A stretch of DNA of 64,000 bases from Anaeramoeba ignava BMAN (lineage: Eukaryota > Protista > Anaeramoebae): contig JAPDFW010000044.1 in the NCBI GenBank assembly GCA_028826165.1, positions 1 through 64,000 of the forward strand, read 5' to 3'. A program made the position numbers and the translations under genes. This document shows positions 9,210 through 21,089 of the stretch, piece after piece. The notes under the pieces were generated by a model, which saw only the letters and a program-made list of their open reading frames with translations, searched no databases and was not told where the DNA came from. Numbering within the stretch: the first letter of the stretch is position 1; each line of letters opens with the position of its first letter.

Positions 9210-11004
9210 ATGAATGAAATTATATTTTTTGGTTCAAATGAATATCCAAAACTTATCAAAAATGAACCAAATAAAATAAAAAAACCAATTCAATTTAAAT
9301 TTGAAAATGAAAATGAAAATGAAAATGGAAAAACAAATTAAACAAATTTCAACAGGAAGATTTTCAACAATTTTCCTTTTTAAAAATGGAAAAGCAATAG
9401 AATATTTAAAAGATTCAAATCAAAATCCTGAAAAAATCCAAATTGAAGAAAATATTCAAAAAGTAACTGTTGGTTATCACAATGAAGCTATTTTAACAAT
9501 AGAAGGAAATGTATTTGCAAAAGAAGAAAATATTAATCCAAATAATCCAAATGAATTTATCAATATTTCATCATTAATTGAAGATACAAATGATAGAATA
9601 ATTAAAGATATTGTTTCTGGATACAGATCAATTTACTTATTAACTTCAAATCAAAATGTTTATGGAATTGGCTCAAATGATTCTGGTCAACTTGGTTTTG
9701 ATTCTGAAACACTTAAAAAAACAGAAAAACCAATTTTAATGATGAAAAATGTTTCTAAAATATTTTCAGGAAATTCTTCAATTCATGTTTTTCTTTTAAA
9801 TTCAAATCAAGAATTATTTGGATGCGGATGGAATTTTTATGCTCAACTCGGATTAGGAGAATCAAGAAAACAAGAAACAACAATCCAAAAATTAACTAAA
9901 ATCCAAAATATTCCAAAAGGTAAAATAATTGATATTCAATGTGGATATCGGCATTCAATAATGTTGATTGAAAATGAAAATCAAAATCAAAATCAAAATC
10001 AAAATCAAAATCCAAAAAGAAAACTTTATTCATGTGGAAGTTATCAATTAAATGGACTTGACCAAAATAAAAATATTTATGAATTTACTGAAATTAAATC
10101 ATCTTTATTTGAAAATGATGATAATATTATTGATTTTTCTTGTGGAACTGATCATACTTTGATTTTAACTTCTAATTCAAAATTAATAGTATTTGGATAT
10201 AATGAATATGGCCAATTAGGAACTAGAGATACAAATACACAATCAATTCCAATTCAAATTGAATTTCCTAAATTAAGATTTAATGAAAATATTTTCAATT
10301 ATCATATTTCTTGTGGATTTCGGAATTCATTTCTTTATTATTCTCCTTCTTATTTTTCATCTTCTTTTTCCAATCTTGAAGAAGATTTGATAAAATTATT
10401 TGAAAGAAAAGAATTTTGTGATATTTCATTTAAAACCAAAAATGGAGAAATAATCAAAGCTCATAAATTAATATTAAAATATAGATTAAATCAAAATGAA
10501 AATGAAATTGAAAAACTTCAAGAAATTATTTCAAAAAAATCAATTAAAGAATCAAATCAAATATTTGAAATGATTTATTCAAATAATTCCAATATAAATC
10601 CAAAATTATATTCTGAAATTAAAGAAATTATAAATTCAAATGAAAAAATTGAAGAAACAATTAAAAGAATTTATTTAAATGAAAATGATAAAGACTTTAT
10701 TATTGAAAGAAAAGAAAAACAATATAAATTTCCTAAATTAATATTAATAATGAGAAGTGAATTATATCGAGGAATGTTTTTATCTGTAACTGAAGATAAA
10801 TCCAATAAAGTTACAGATTATAGTGAATTAAGTAATAAATCATTTCAAATATTTGAATATTGGATTTATTCAAATCAAATTAAAGATGAAATTCAAATTA
10901 CACAAGAAATCATTAATGAAATTCAAATTGGAATTGATTATTTTCAATTAAATCAAACAAATCCAAATTTATTTGATTTATTAATTAATAAATTTAATAA
11001 TTAA
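9210..11004 (+). CDS. RCC1-repeat + double BTB protein, copy 4 (apparent +1 frameshift near 9330)
   Basis: ATG 9210 and the 5' end are identical to copy 3. One extra A in ggaaaaacaa versus ggaaaacaa. No CAAX. Confidence 0.85.
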
Positions 11005-11116
11005 TAATCAAAATCAAAATTAAAATAAAAATTAAAAATTAAAATTAAAATCAAATTTTAAAAAAAATTTATTTGGAAAATATTTTGAGAAAAAAAAAAA
11101 AGGAAAATCTTTTCAT

Positions 11117-11746
11117 TCATTGATTATCATTTTCATTTTGATTTTCATTTTCATCAAAAAAACCAGCCAAAGTAGAAAAAGCAGCAGGAACGAAAGTTCT
11201 TGTAGCAAATTGTTGAATTTTTTTACGGGAATCCTTTTCACATTTAGCATAACCCCAAATATTAGTAACAGCAAGAACAATAGCAATCAAACAAACGGTT
11301 CCCCAAAGAAAATTAAGCTTCAAAACTGAAAGAAATTCAAAAAGAAGCCAAGCACCCAAAAAAATAAACTGAGTAAACCAAAAAGCAATTGAGTCGGTTT
11401 TATTAGAATTTTCCGCTTTTGGTTTTGATTCAAAAATCCATTTGCTATTTCCATCTGAATCTATTTCATTCCACCATCTTAATCCAACTAATTTTCTTCC
11501 TGAAATATTTTTCACAACCCAAAAATCAATTGATAATAAAACAACAATAAACATAAAAATAACGGAAAAACTGTTCACAAATGATGATGCAATTAAATAC
11601 GTTATTAACGCTATTGTTTTGAATAATAAATGAAATATAATCACTATTTTATTGCTTTTTGTGGTTTTTGTTTGTGTTTCTTGGTCATTAAAATCATCTC
11701 CTAATTCTTGTGAAATAAAAGGTTGTGATTCTAAATCTTGATCCAT
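11117..11746 (-). CDS. TVP23: Golgi membrane protein TVP23/FAM18 family
   Basis: Family signature DFWVVKNISGRKLVGLRWWNEIDSDGNSKWIFES, plus FHLLFK and hydrophobic TM segments. Confidence 0.92.
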   Translation of the reverse strand: MDQDLESQPFISQELGDDFNDQETQTKTTKSNKIVIIFHLLFKTIALITYLIASSFVNSFSVIFMFIVVLLSIDFWVVKNISGRKLVGLRWWNEIDSDGNSKWIFESKPKAENSNKTDSIAFWFTQFIFLGAWLLFEFLSVLKLNFLWGTVCLIAIVLAVTNIWGYAKCEKDSRKKIQQFATRTFVPAAFSTLAGFFDENENQNENDNQ

Positions 11747-11894
11747 TTAAAAAAAAGAAATGAAAAGAAATGAAAAAAAAAAATGAAAAAAAAAATGAAG
11801 AAAAATTTTATTTTATATTTTTTATTTTTCTCCTTTTTTAACATTTTTTTATTTTTATTTTTATTTTTTTGTTATTTTTTTTCTTTCTTTTAAA

Positions 11895-14800
11895 ATGAGT
11901 AAAATTGAAAACGTTACTCAACACAAAATCTTCCAACCTTTTAAATCTCATCAATCCCATAATCTTTCTAATATTTCTGATTATCAAAAATTATATAAAA
12001 AGTATTGATTCTCCTAAAATTTTTTGGGATGAAATGGCAAAGAAATATTTAACTTGGTTCAAAAACTATCAAAAAATTCAATCTGGGTAAATTTGTTTAT
12101 AATTTTCCAAATAAAAAAGGGAATTATTGGCGGAATAAATTTTTCAAAAAGAAAAAAGAAATATTTAATTTAATTTAATTTAATTTAATTTAATTTAATT
12201 TAAAAAAGTAATTTTGAAAAAGGAAATATTGAATGGTTTATTGGAGGAAAATTGAATGCTTGTTTTAATTGTGTTGATCGACATCTTCCAAAAAAAGCAA
12301 ATCAAATTGCGTTAATTTATGAACAAGAAGAACCAGATCAAACAGAAAAAATAACTTATCAAGAAATGAAAGAAAAAGTAAGAACAAAAAAATTTTTCTT
12401 CTTTAATTTATATTGATATGATTTATATTGATTTGATTTATATTAATTTGATTTATATTAATTTGATTTATATTGATTTGATTTATATTAATTTGATTTA
12501 TATTGATTTTATTTATATTAATTTGATTTATATTGATTTATTTTTATTTGATTTATATTGATTTGATTTATAATAATTTGATTTATATTAATTTGATTTA
12601 TATTAATTTTATTTATTGATTTGATTTTATTAATTTATTTATTTAATTTGATTTTATTGATTTATTTATTTGATTTATATAATTTGATTTATTTGATTTT
12701 TATTTATATTGATTTTATTAATTTGATTTTATATTGATTTTATGATTTTGATTTATATTAATTTGATTTATATTAATTTATTTCTGATTTATATTAATTT
12801 GATTTATATTAATTTAATTTATATTAATTTGATTTATATTATTTTATTTATATTGATTTTGATCTTTATATTAATTTGATTTATATTAATTTTATTTATA
12901 TTAATTTGATTTATATTAATTTGATTTATATTGATTTGATTTATATTAATTTGATTTATATTGATTTGATTTATATTGATTTGATTTATATTAATTTGAT
13001 TTATATTGATTTGATTTATATTGATTTGATTTATATTATTTGATTTATATTAATTTGATTTATATAATTTGATTTGATTTGATTTATATTAATTTTATTT
13101 ATATTAATTTGATTTATATTAATTTGATTTTATTAATTTGATTTATATTAATTTGATTTATATTAATTTGATTTATATTGATTTTATTTATATTAATTTG
13201 ATTTATATTGATTTGATTTTTATTTGATTTATATTATTTTATATTAATTTGATTTATTTATGATTTGATTTATATTGATTTTGATTTATATTAATTTGAT
13301 TTATATTGATTTGATTTATATTAATTTTGATTTATATTAATTTGATTTATATTAATTTTTATTTATATTAATTTGATTTTATATTAATTTGATTTTTATA
13401 TTAATTTGATTTTTATATTAATTTGATTTATATTTATATTAATTTGATTTATATTAATTTGATTTTATATTGATTTGATTTATATTTGATTTTTTATTAT
13501 TTGATTTATAATAATTTTATTATGATTTGATTTTTGATTTATATTAATTTGATTTATATTAATTTGATTTATATAATTTTATTTATATTTAATTTGATTT
13601 ATATTAATTTGATTTATATTAATTTGATTTATATTAATTTGATTTATATTGATTTGATTTATATTAATTTTTTTATTTTATTAATTTGATTTATATTAAT
13701 TTGATTTTATTTATATTAATTTGATTTTATTGATTTGATTTATATTAATTTATTTATTTGATTTGATTTATATTAATTTGATTTATATTTAATTTAATTT
13801 TTATTTGATTTATATTGATTTATTTATATTAATTTAATTTTATTATTTTTATTTATATTGATTTGATTTATATTATTTGATTTATATTAATTTGATTTAT
13901 ATTAATTTGATTTATATTAATTTGATTTATATTGATTTAATTTATATTGATTTGATTTATATTAATTTGATTTATATTAATTTGGTTTATATTAATTTGA
14001 TTTATTTGATTTTATTTGATTTGATTTATATTGATTTATATTAATTTGATTTATATTAATTTGATTTATATTAATTTGATTTATATTATTTGATTTAATT
14101 TTGATTTATATTTGATTTATTTATTAATTTATTTTTGATTTATTTTAATTTGATTATATTGATTTGATTTATATTGATTTATTTATATTTGATTTTTGAT
14201 GATTTTATTTATATTGATTTGATTTATATTAATTTTGATTTATATTAATTTGATTTATATTAATTTATTTTTGATTTATATTTGATTTATATTAATTTGA
14301 TTTATATTAATTTGATTTATATTAATTTGATTTGATTTATATTAATTTGATTTGATTTATATTAATTTGATTTATATTAATTTGATTTATATTAATTTGA
14401 TTTATATTAATTTGATTTATATTAATTTGATTTATATTAATTTGATTTATATTAATTTGATTTATATTGATTTGATTTATATTGATTTGATTTATATTAA
14501 TTTGATTTATATTGATTTTATTTATATTAATTTGATTTATATTGATTTGATTTATATTAATTTGATTTATATTAATTTGATTTATAATAATTTTAATTAT
14601 GATTTGATTTATATTGATTTTATTTATATTAATTTGATTTATATTGATTTGATTTATATTGATTTGATTTATATTTATTTGATTTATATTGATTTGATTT
14701 ATATTGATTTTATTTATATTAATTTGATTTATAATGATTTTATTTATATTAATTTGATTTATATTAATTTGATTTATATTGATTTTATTTATGATTTGAT

Positions 14801-16586
14801 TTATATTGATTTGATTTATATTGATTTGATTTAATTTTAATTATGATTTGATTTATATTAATTTTAGGTTTGTCAAACTGCAAACTTACTTAAATCACTT
14901 GGTGTTAAAAAAGGAGATCCTGTTGCTATCTATATGCCAACTTGTCCTGCTGCAATTTATACGATGTAATTTTTGAAAAAATTTTTTGTTCCACTTTTTT
15001 ATTTATTTTTTATTTATTATTATTTATTTTTTAAAATCTGTAAATAAAATAGGCTTGCTTGCACACGAATAGGAGCTATTCATAATGTTGTATTTGGAGG
15101 ATTCAGCGCCAATGCACTTCGTGAAAGACTTATTGATTGTAAAACTCGGATCATTTTCACATCAAATCACTCAATAAGAAAAGGAAGAAGAATATTTTTA
15201 AAAAAAATGGTAGATGAAGCAATAAAAGATCTTGATTTCATTGATCACGTAGTGGTTCACAAGCTGACCGAAAGCGAAGAGGATTTCCATGAAGAAAAAG
15301 ACAAATGGTATGAAGAATCAATTGCAAAAGAATCAAAAGAATGTTTGATTGAGGAAATGGATTCGGAATCGCCATTGTTCATGCTTTACACATCAGGATC
15401 AACAGGGCAGCCCAAGGGAATCATTCACACAACAGGAGGGTATCTAGTATATGCGGGAATGACATTTGATTACATCTTCGATTATCGAGAAAATGACATA
15501 CATTGTTGTGTAGCTAATATTGGATGGATAACTGGACACACTTATACTGTTTATGGCCCACTTTTACTCGGCGCAACGACTGTGCTTTATGAAGCTGTCC
15601 CTATCTATCCTACTGTGGAGCGTTACTGGCAATCCATTGACAAGCTCAAAATCACGAGTTTCTACACTTCGCCAACTGCGATCAGATTATTGATGACTTT
15701 TTCTGATCAAAATGTGATCAAGTATGATCTTTCCAGTTTGAGAGTGATTGGCTCTGTTGGAGAACCCATCAACCCTGAGGCCTGGCTCTGGTACTACAAA
15801 CTTGTCGGCAGGGAGCGTTGCACACTTGTTGATACGTATTGGCAGACTGAAACGGGTGGGGTTGTCTTGACCCCTTTACCCGGAGTAACCCCCTTAAAAC
15901 CCGGTTCAACAACCCTCCCTTTTTTTGGCATCTCTCCTGTTATTCTCGACCCATCTACAGGCAACGTCCTTACAGAAAACAACGTTACTGGGCTTCTTGC
16001 GATCTCTTCTTCTTGGCCTTCCATCGCTCGAACCATCTATTCAAACCACAAACAGTATCTCAATGTGTATTTCAATCAATACAAAGGCTTTTATTTAACT
16101 GGCGATTCTGCTTTTCGTGATTCTGACGGTTATTATTGGGTTCTCGGTCGCATTGATGATGTCATTACTGTTTCTGGTCATCGCATTGGATCAATGGAAA
16201 TTGAAAGTGCTTTGGTTTCTCATTCGCATTGTGTTGAAGCTGCTGTTGTTGGTATTCCTCATGAAATTCGCGGACAAGCTATTTGTGCTTTTTGTGTTTT
16301 GAAAGATGATCCAAAAAAAGAAGAGCAGAAAAAAGATCTTGATTCTCTTCGTATTTCTCTTTCAAACCAAGTCGCAACTCAAATTAGTCGTATTGCTTTT
16401 CCTGATCAAATTGTTTTTGTTAATGCTCTTCCTAAAACTAGATCAGGAAAAATTATGAGAAGAATTCTTCGTTCTATTTTAATCGGGAAAACTTCTCAAC
16501 AAGATTTTGGTGATACTTCAACTTTACTTGATCCTTCAGTTATTGATGAATTAATTGAGCAAGTCAAATTGCAAAAAAAGCAATGA
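11895..16586 (+). CDS. ACS: AMP-forming acetyl-CoA synthetase; exons 11895-12086, 12209-12377, 14868-14965, 15053-16586
   Basis: Motifs [38 protein letters not shown] and [15 protein letters not shown] introns restore the frame. One apparent homopolymer frameshift near 12000. Confidence 0.93.
12405..14860. repeat. Intronic 15-bp satellite (TTTGATTTATATTAA)n filling ACS intron 2
   Basis: Tandem unit is visible directly; intron 12378-14867. Confidence 0.95.
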
Positions 16587-16736
16587 AAGAAAGCATAATT
16601 TGCTTTTTCTTTTTTGGATTTTTGAAATTAAAACAAATTTTTTGATTCATTTATTTTATTTAAATTTCCATTTTTTTGTTTTTTAAAAAAAGAAAAAAAT
16701 TTATTTATTATTTATTATTATTATTATTAATTCTAA

Positions 16737-19700
16737 TTATCTTTTGATTGAAAAATGTTCGTTTTGTAAAACTTCATGAATAGAAGATACTAAATAATTA
16801 ATGTTATTATGATTAATTCCTCCCATTGAAATACGACCAGTTGATTCAACAAAAATACTGTATTTTTCCTTTAGAATTTTGACGTGTTTTTCTGTAAGAT
16901 CAGAAAAAGTAAACATTCCTGAATGTGAAATTATTCTTTTCCATGATCTTTTTGTTTTTTTCCGTGTAAGCTCTTTATAAACTAAGGATCTCATCTCTGA
17001 AATTCTTGATTGCATTTCTTTCATTTCTGCCTTCCTAAAAATTTTTCAAAAACCCAAAATTTGATTGATTTTTTTTTTGTTTTGAAGTTTGTTAATGATT
17101 TGGAAAATAATTTAAACAATAATAGATTTTAAAAAGTTAAAAGATAAGATGAGCTTCAGAAAATTTCAACGATTGAAATCAACTAAAACTTTTAAAAAAG
17201 AAAAGAAAAAAATTTTTTTTTCTTTTCGGGAAAATTTTTTTTTTTGGAAAATTAATAAAAAAAAAAACAATTCAAACCATTTGCGAATAAGATACGAATT
17301 TTCAAGAATTGTACCAACAATCAAAGAACCATGAATTGGAGGATTTGAGTACATAGGAAGAATGATGGCTTTCAATTGAGATCTGAGATTTTCTGCTTCC
17401 TTTTGAGTATCACAAAGAATACTAAGACAACCGATTCTTTCTGAATAAAGCCCAAGATTTTTGGAGAATGATTGTGCGATAATTGAAGGAATTTCTTGTT
17501 CTGCAGCTAAACGGATTGCGAAGGCATCTTTGTCGTAATTTCCTGATGAAAATCCCAGATAAGCTGTATCAAAAATTGGTACAAGATTCTTTTTTTTTAC
17601 TGTTTTGAGGATTTTTTTCCATTGTTTTTCTGTTGGATCTGTTCCTGTTGGATTGTGTGAGCATGCGTGAAATACTACAAATGAATTCTCTTTTGCATTC
17701 TATGGATTTAATTTTTTTAGATTTTTAAATGATTTTTTTTTAAATATCAAATAAAATGTACTTCTAGATCTTCGATTAATCCAGAAAAATTAAGACCGTT
17801 ATTATAATATCGATAGATTTTCATTTCAAGACCTGATTTTTTGAATATTGGAGCATGATTAACTAATACAAGTAAAAGAAATTTGATTATTTTGAATTTG
17901 ATTTTGATTTAAATTAAAAAGAAATACCCCAAGTTGGATCTGGAAGATAAATTGTTTTGTTTTTAGAACATCTTTTAATCAACTCTCCAGTTAATCTAAG
18001 ACCTCCAGTTCCACTAAGGCATTGAATACTACAAACTCTTTTTTCTTTTATATATTTTGATTCTGGTCCTAAAAGTAATTTTGTTGCTTCTTCGTAAAAT
18101 TTGGGATCTCCATCGATTGGAAGATTATCTTTAGGAAGATTTCGACTTGCTAAATCTTTCTCCACATTTTTTACTACTTCTAAAACAAGTGGATTTCCAT
18201 TCTCATCTCGATATTCCCCAATTGATAAATTTACTTTATTTGTGGATTTACAATTTTGATATTGTTCAAGAAGATCAAAAATCTTTTTTTTTTATTTAAA
18301 TATTAAATTAAATTTAATTTAAATATTTTAAATATTGATTTAAATATTTATTTAAATATTAATTTAAATATTGATTTATATATTAAATTAAATATTGATT
18401 TAAATATTGATTTAAATATTGATTTAAATATTTATTTGAATATTGATATAAATATTGAATTGAATATTAATTTAAATATTTTAAATATTGATTTAAATAT
18501 TAATTTAAATATTGATTTAAATATTAATTTAAATATTGATTTAAATATTAATTTAAATATTGATTTAAATATTGATTTAAATATTGATTTAAATATTATT
18601 TAAATATTAATTTTAAATATTAATTTAAATATTAATTTTAAATATTAATTTTAAATATTGATTTTAAATATTTATTTAAATATTGATTTAAATATTGATT
18701 TAAATATTGATTTAAAAATATTGATTTTAAATATTAATTTAAATATTAATTTAAATATTAATTTAAAAATATTGAATTTAAATATTGATTTTAAATATTG
18801 ATTTAAATATTGATTTAAATATTGATTTTTAAATATTAAAATTTTAAATATTGATTTTAAATAATAATTTTAAAATATTAATTTAAATATTAATTTAAAT
18901 ATTAATTTAAATATTAATTTAAATATTAATTTAAATATTAATTTTAAATATTAATTTAAATATTGATTTAAATATTGATTTAAAAATATTAGTTAAATTT
19001 AAATATTTTATATTAAATATTAAATTTAAAATTATATATAAAATTATAAATAAAATTATAAATTAAATTATAAATTAAATTATAAATTAAATTTTAAATA
19101 AAATTATAAATAAAATTATAATATAAATTAAATTATAAATTAAATTATAAATAAAAAATTATAAATTAAAATTATAAATAAAATTTAAAAATAAAATTAT
19201 AAATAAAATTATTAATAAAATTATTAATAAAAATTTAATAAAAATTATAAATAAAATTATAAATAAAATTATAAATAAAAATTATTAATAAAATTATAAA
19301 TAAAAATTATTAATAAAAAAATTATAAATAAAATTTATAAAATAAAATTATAAATAAAATTATAAATTAAATTATAATTATAAAATTATAAATAAAATTA
19401 TAAATAAAATTATAAATAAAATTATAAATTAAATTATAAATAAAATTATAAATAAAATTATAAATTAAATATTATAAATTAAATTAAATAATTAAAATAA
19501 ATTAAATATAAATAAAATATAAATAAAAATAAAATTATAAAATTAAAATATTATAAATAAAATTATAAATTAAATTATAAATAAAATTATTAATAAAATT
19601 ATAAATAAAATTATAAATTAAATTAAAATTAAATTAAATTATAAATTAAAAAAATATAAATAAAAATTATTAATTAAATTATAAATAAAATTATAAATAA

Positions 19701-20428
19701 AATTATAAAAAAAAATTATAAATTAAATTATAAAAAAAAAATATAAAAAAAATTATAAATAAAATTATAAATTAAATTATAAATAAAATTATTAATAAAA
19801 TTATAAAATAAAATTATAAATAAAATTAAATTAATAAAATTATAAATAAAATTATAAATAAAATTATAAAATTAAATTATAAATAAAATTATTAATAAAA
19901 TTATAAAAATAAAATTATAAATTAAATTATAAATTAAATTAATTTAAAAATTATAAATAAAATTATAAATAAAATTTAAAATTAAAATTATAAATTAAAA
20001 TTATAAATAAAATTATAAATTAAAAATTATAAATTAAATTATAAATTAAAAATTATAAATAAAAATTATAAAATAAAATTATAAATAAAATTATAAATTA
20101 AAATTATAAATAAAATTATAAATAAAATTATAAATAAAATTATAAATAAAATTATAAATAAAATTATAAATTAAATTATAAATAAAATTATAAATAAAAT
20201 TATAAATTAAATTATAAATAAAATTATAAATTAAATTATAAATAAAATTATAAATAAACTGCAAAGTAAATAAATCACAGGATCTGGAGGAAGTGATTGA
20301 ATATGTGAAAATGGTTTAAAATTTGATTTTTTTGAGATCAATCGAACAGTTTTTATTTGTAAATGATTCTTAATAATTTGTGAAATTGGTTGTGGAGAAA
20401 TAATTAAATCAGAAATTTTTGAAAGCAT
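16737..20428 (-). CDS. Aspartate aminotransferase family (class I PLP) enzyme, mitochondrial type with presequence; exons 20428-20279, 18282-17928, 17862-17762, 17699-17278, 17034-16737
   Basis: Spliced product contains PPDPIF, KVNLSIGEYRD, LSGTGGLR, PTWVNH, HACSHNPTGTDP, FDTAYLGF, QSFSKNLGLYSERIG, PMYSNPP and GRISMGG. N-terminus MLSKISDL... Confidence 0.92.
18293..20257. repeat. Bipartite intronic satellite: (TTTAAATATTGA/TAA)n ~18293-19020 then (TAAAATTATAAA)n ~19030-20257
   Basis: Two distinct 12-bp units abut inside intron 18283-20278. Confidence 0.92.
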
Positions 20429-21089
20429 TTTTGTTTTTAAAAGAAAGAAAGAATAAAAGAATAAAAGAATAAAAAGAAAGAATAAACAAAAAATGATTCT
20501 TATTAATTAAAAAAAAAAAAAAAATTAATTTATTTAATTAAAAAAAAAAGGAGAAAAAAAAAATTTTTTTATTTAAAAAAAAGAAAAAAAAAAATTTATT
20601 TCTTTCTAAGTAAATTTAATTAAATTTAAATTAAAAATAAAAAAAAAATTTTTAATTAAAAATAACTCGTTAAATAAATTAAAAAACAAATTAAAATAAA
20701 TTTTTTATTTTTTTATTTATTTTTTATTTAAAAAAAATTTTTTTTTTTTCTTTTTAAATTATTTTTATTTTTTAATAAAAATTTTTGACAACACAAAAGA
20801 CCCCAAATAAATAATTTTTTTTTTTCTCCTTATATGATCATTTTCTTTCTTTAATTATCGAATTTATTTGTAACTATCACTTGTTTTTTTTTATTTTTAA
20901 CAAACACACAAAAAAAACAAAAAACAAAAAACAACAAAAACAAATTTTAAAAACAACACACAAACAACATAAATCAAAAACTACAAAAAGCAATTAAAAC
21001 AAAAAACGCAAAAAAAAATTTTTTTTAAAAGAAAATTCATTTCAATTCATTTTTAACTTTTATAAAAATAGTTTTTTATATTTATACTA

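Noticed and set aside
3406-11004. Diversity-generating retroelement driving RCC1 variation
   Set aside because: No reverse transcriptase or template repeat in the window, and adenine-specific mutagenesis cannot be shown from these copies.
12600-14300. Degenerate array centres with clean edges as an evolutionary age gradient
   Set aside because: The same pattern appears in every long array and is expected if short-read polishing fails in repeat interiors.
14352-14834. IYINL-repeat ORF and similar ORFs at 21496-22334, 47780-50187 and 52233-52831
   Set aside because: Translations of stop-free satellite frames lying inside introns.
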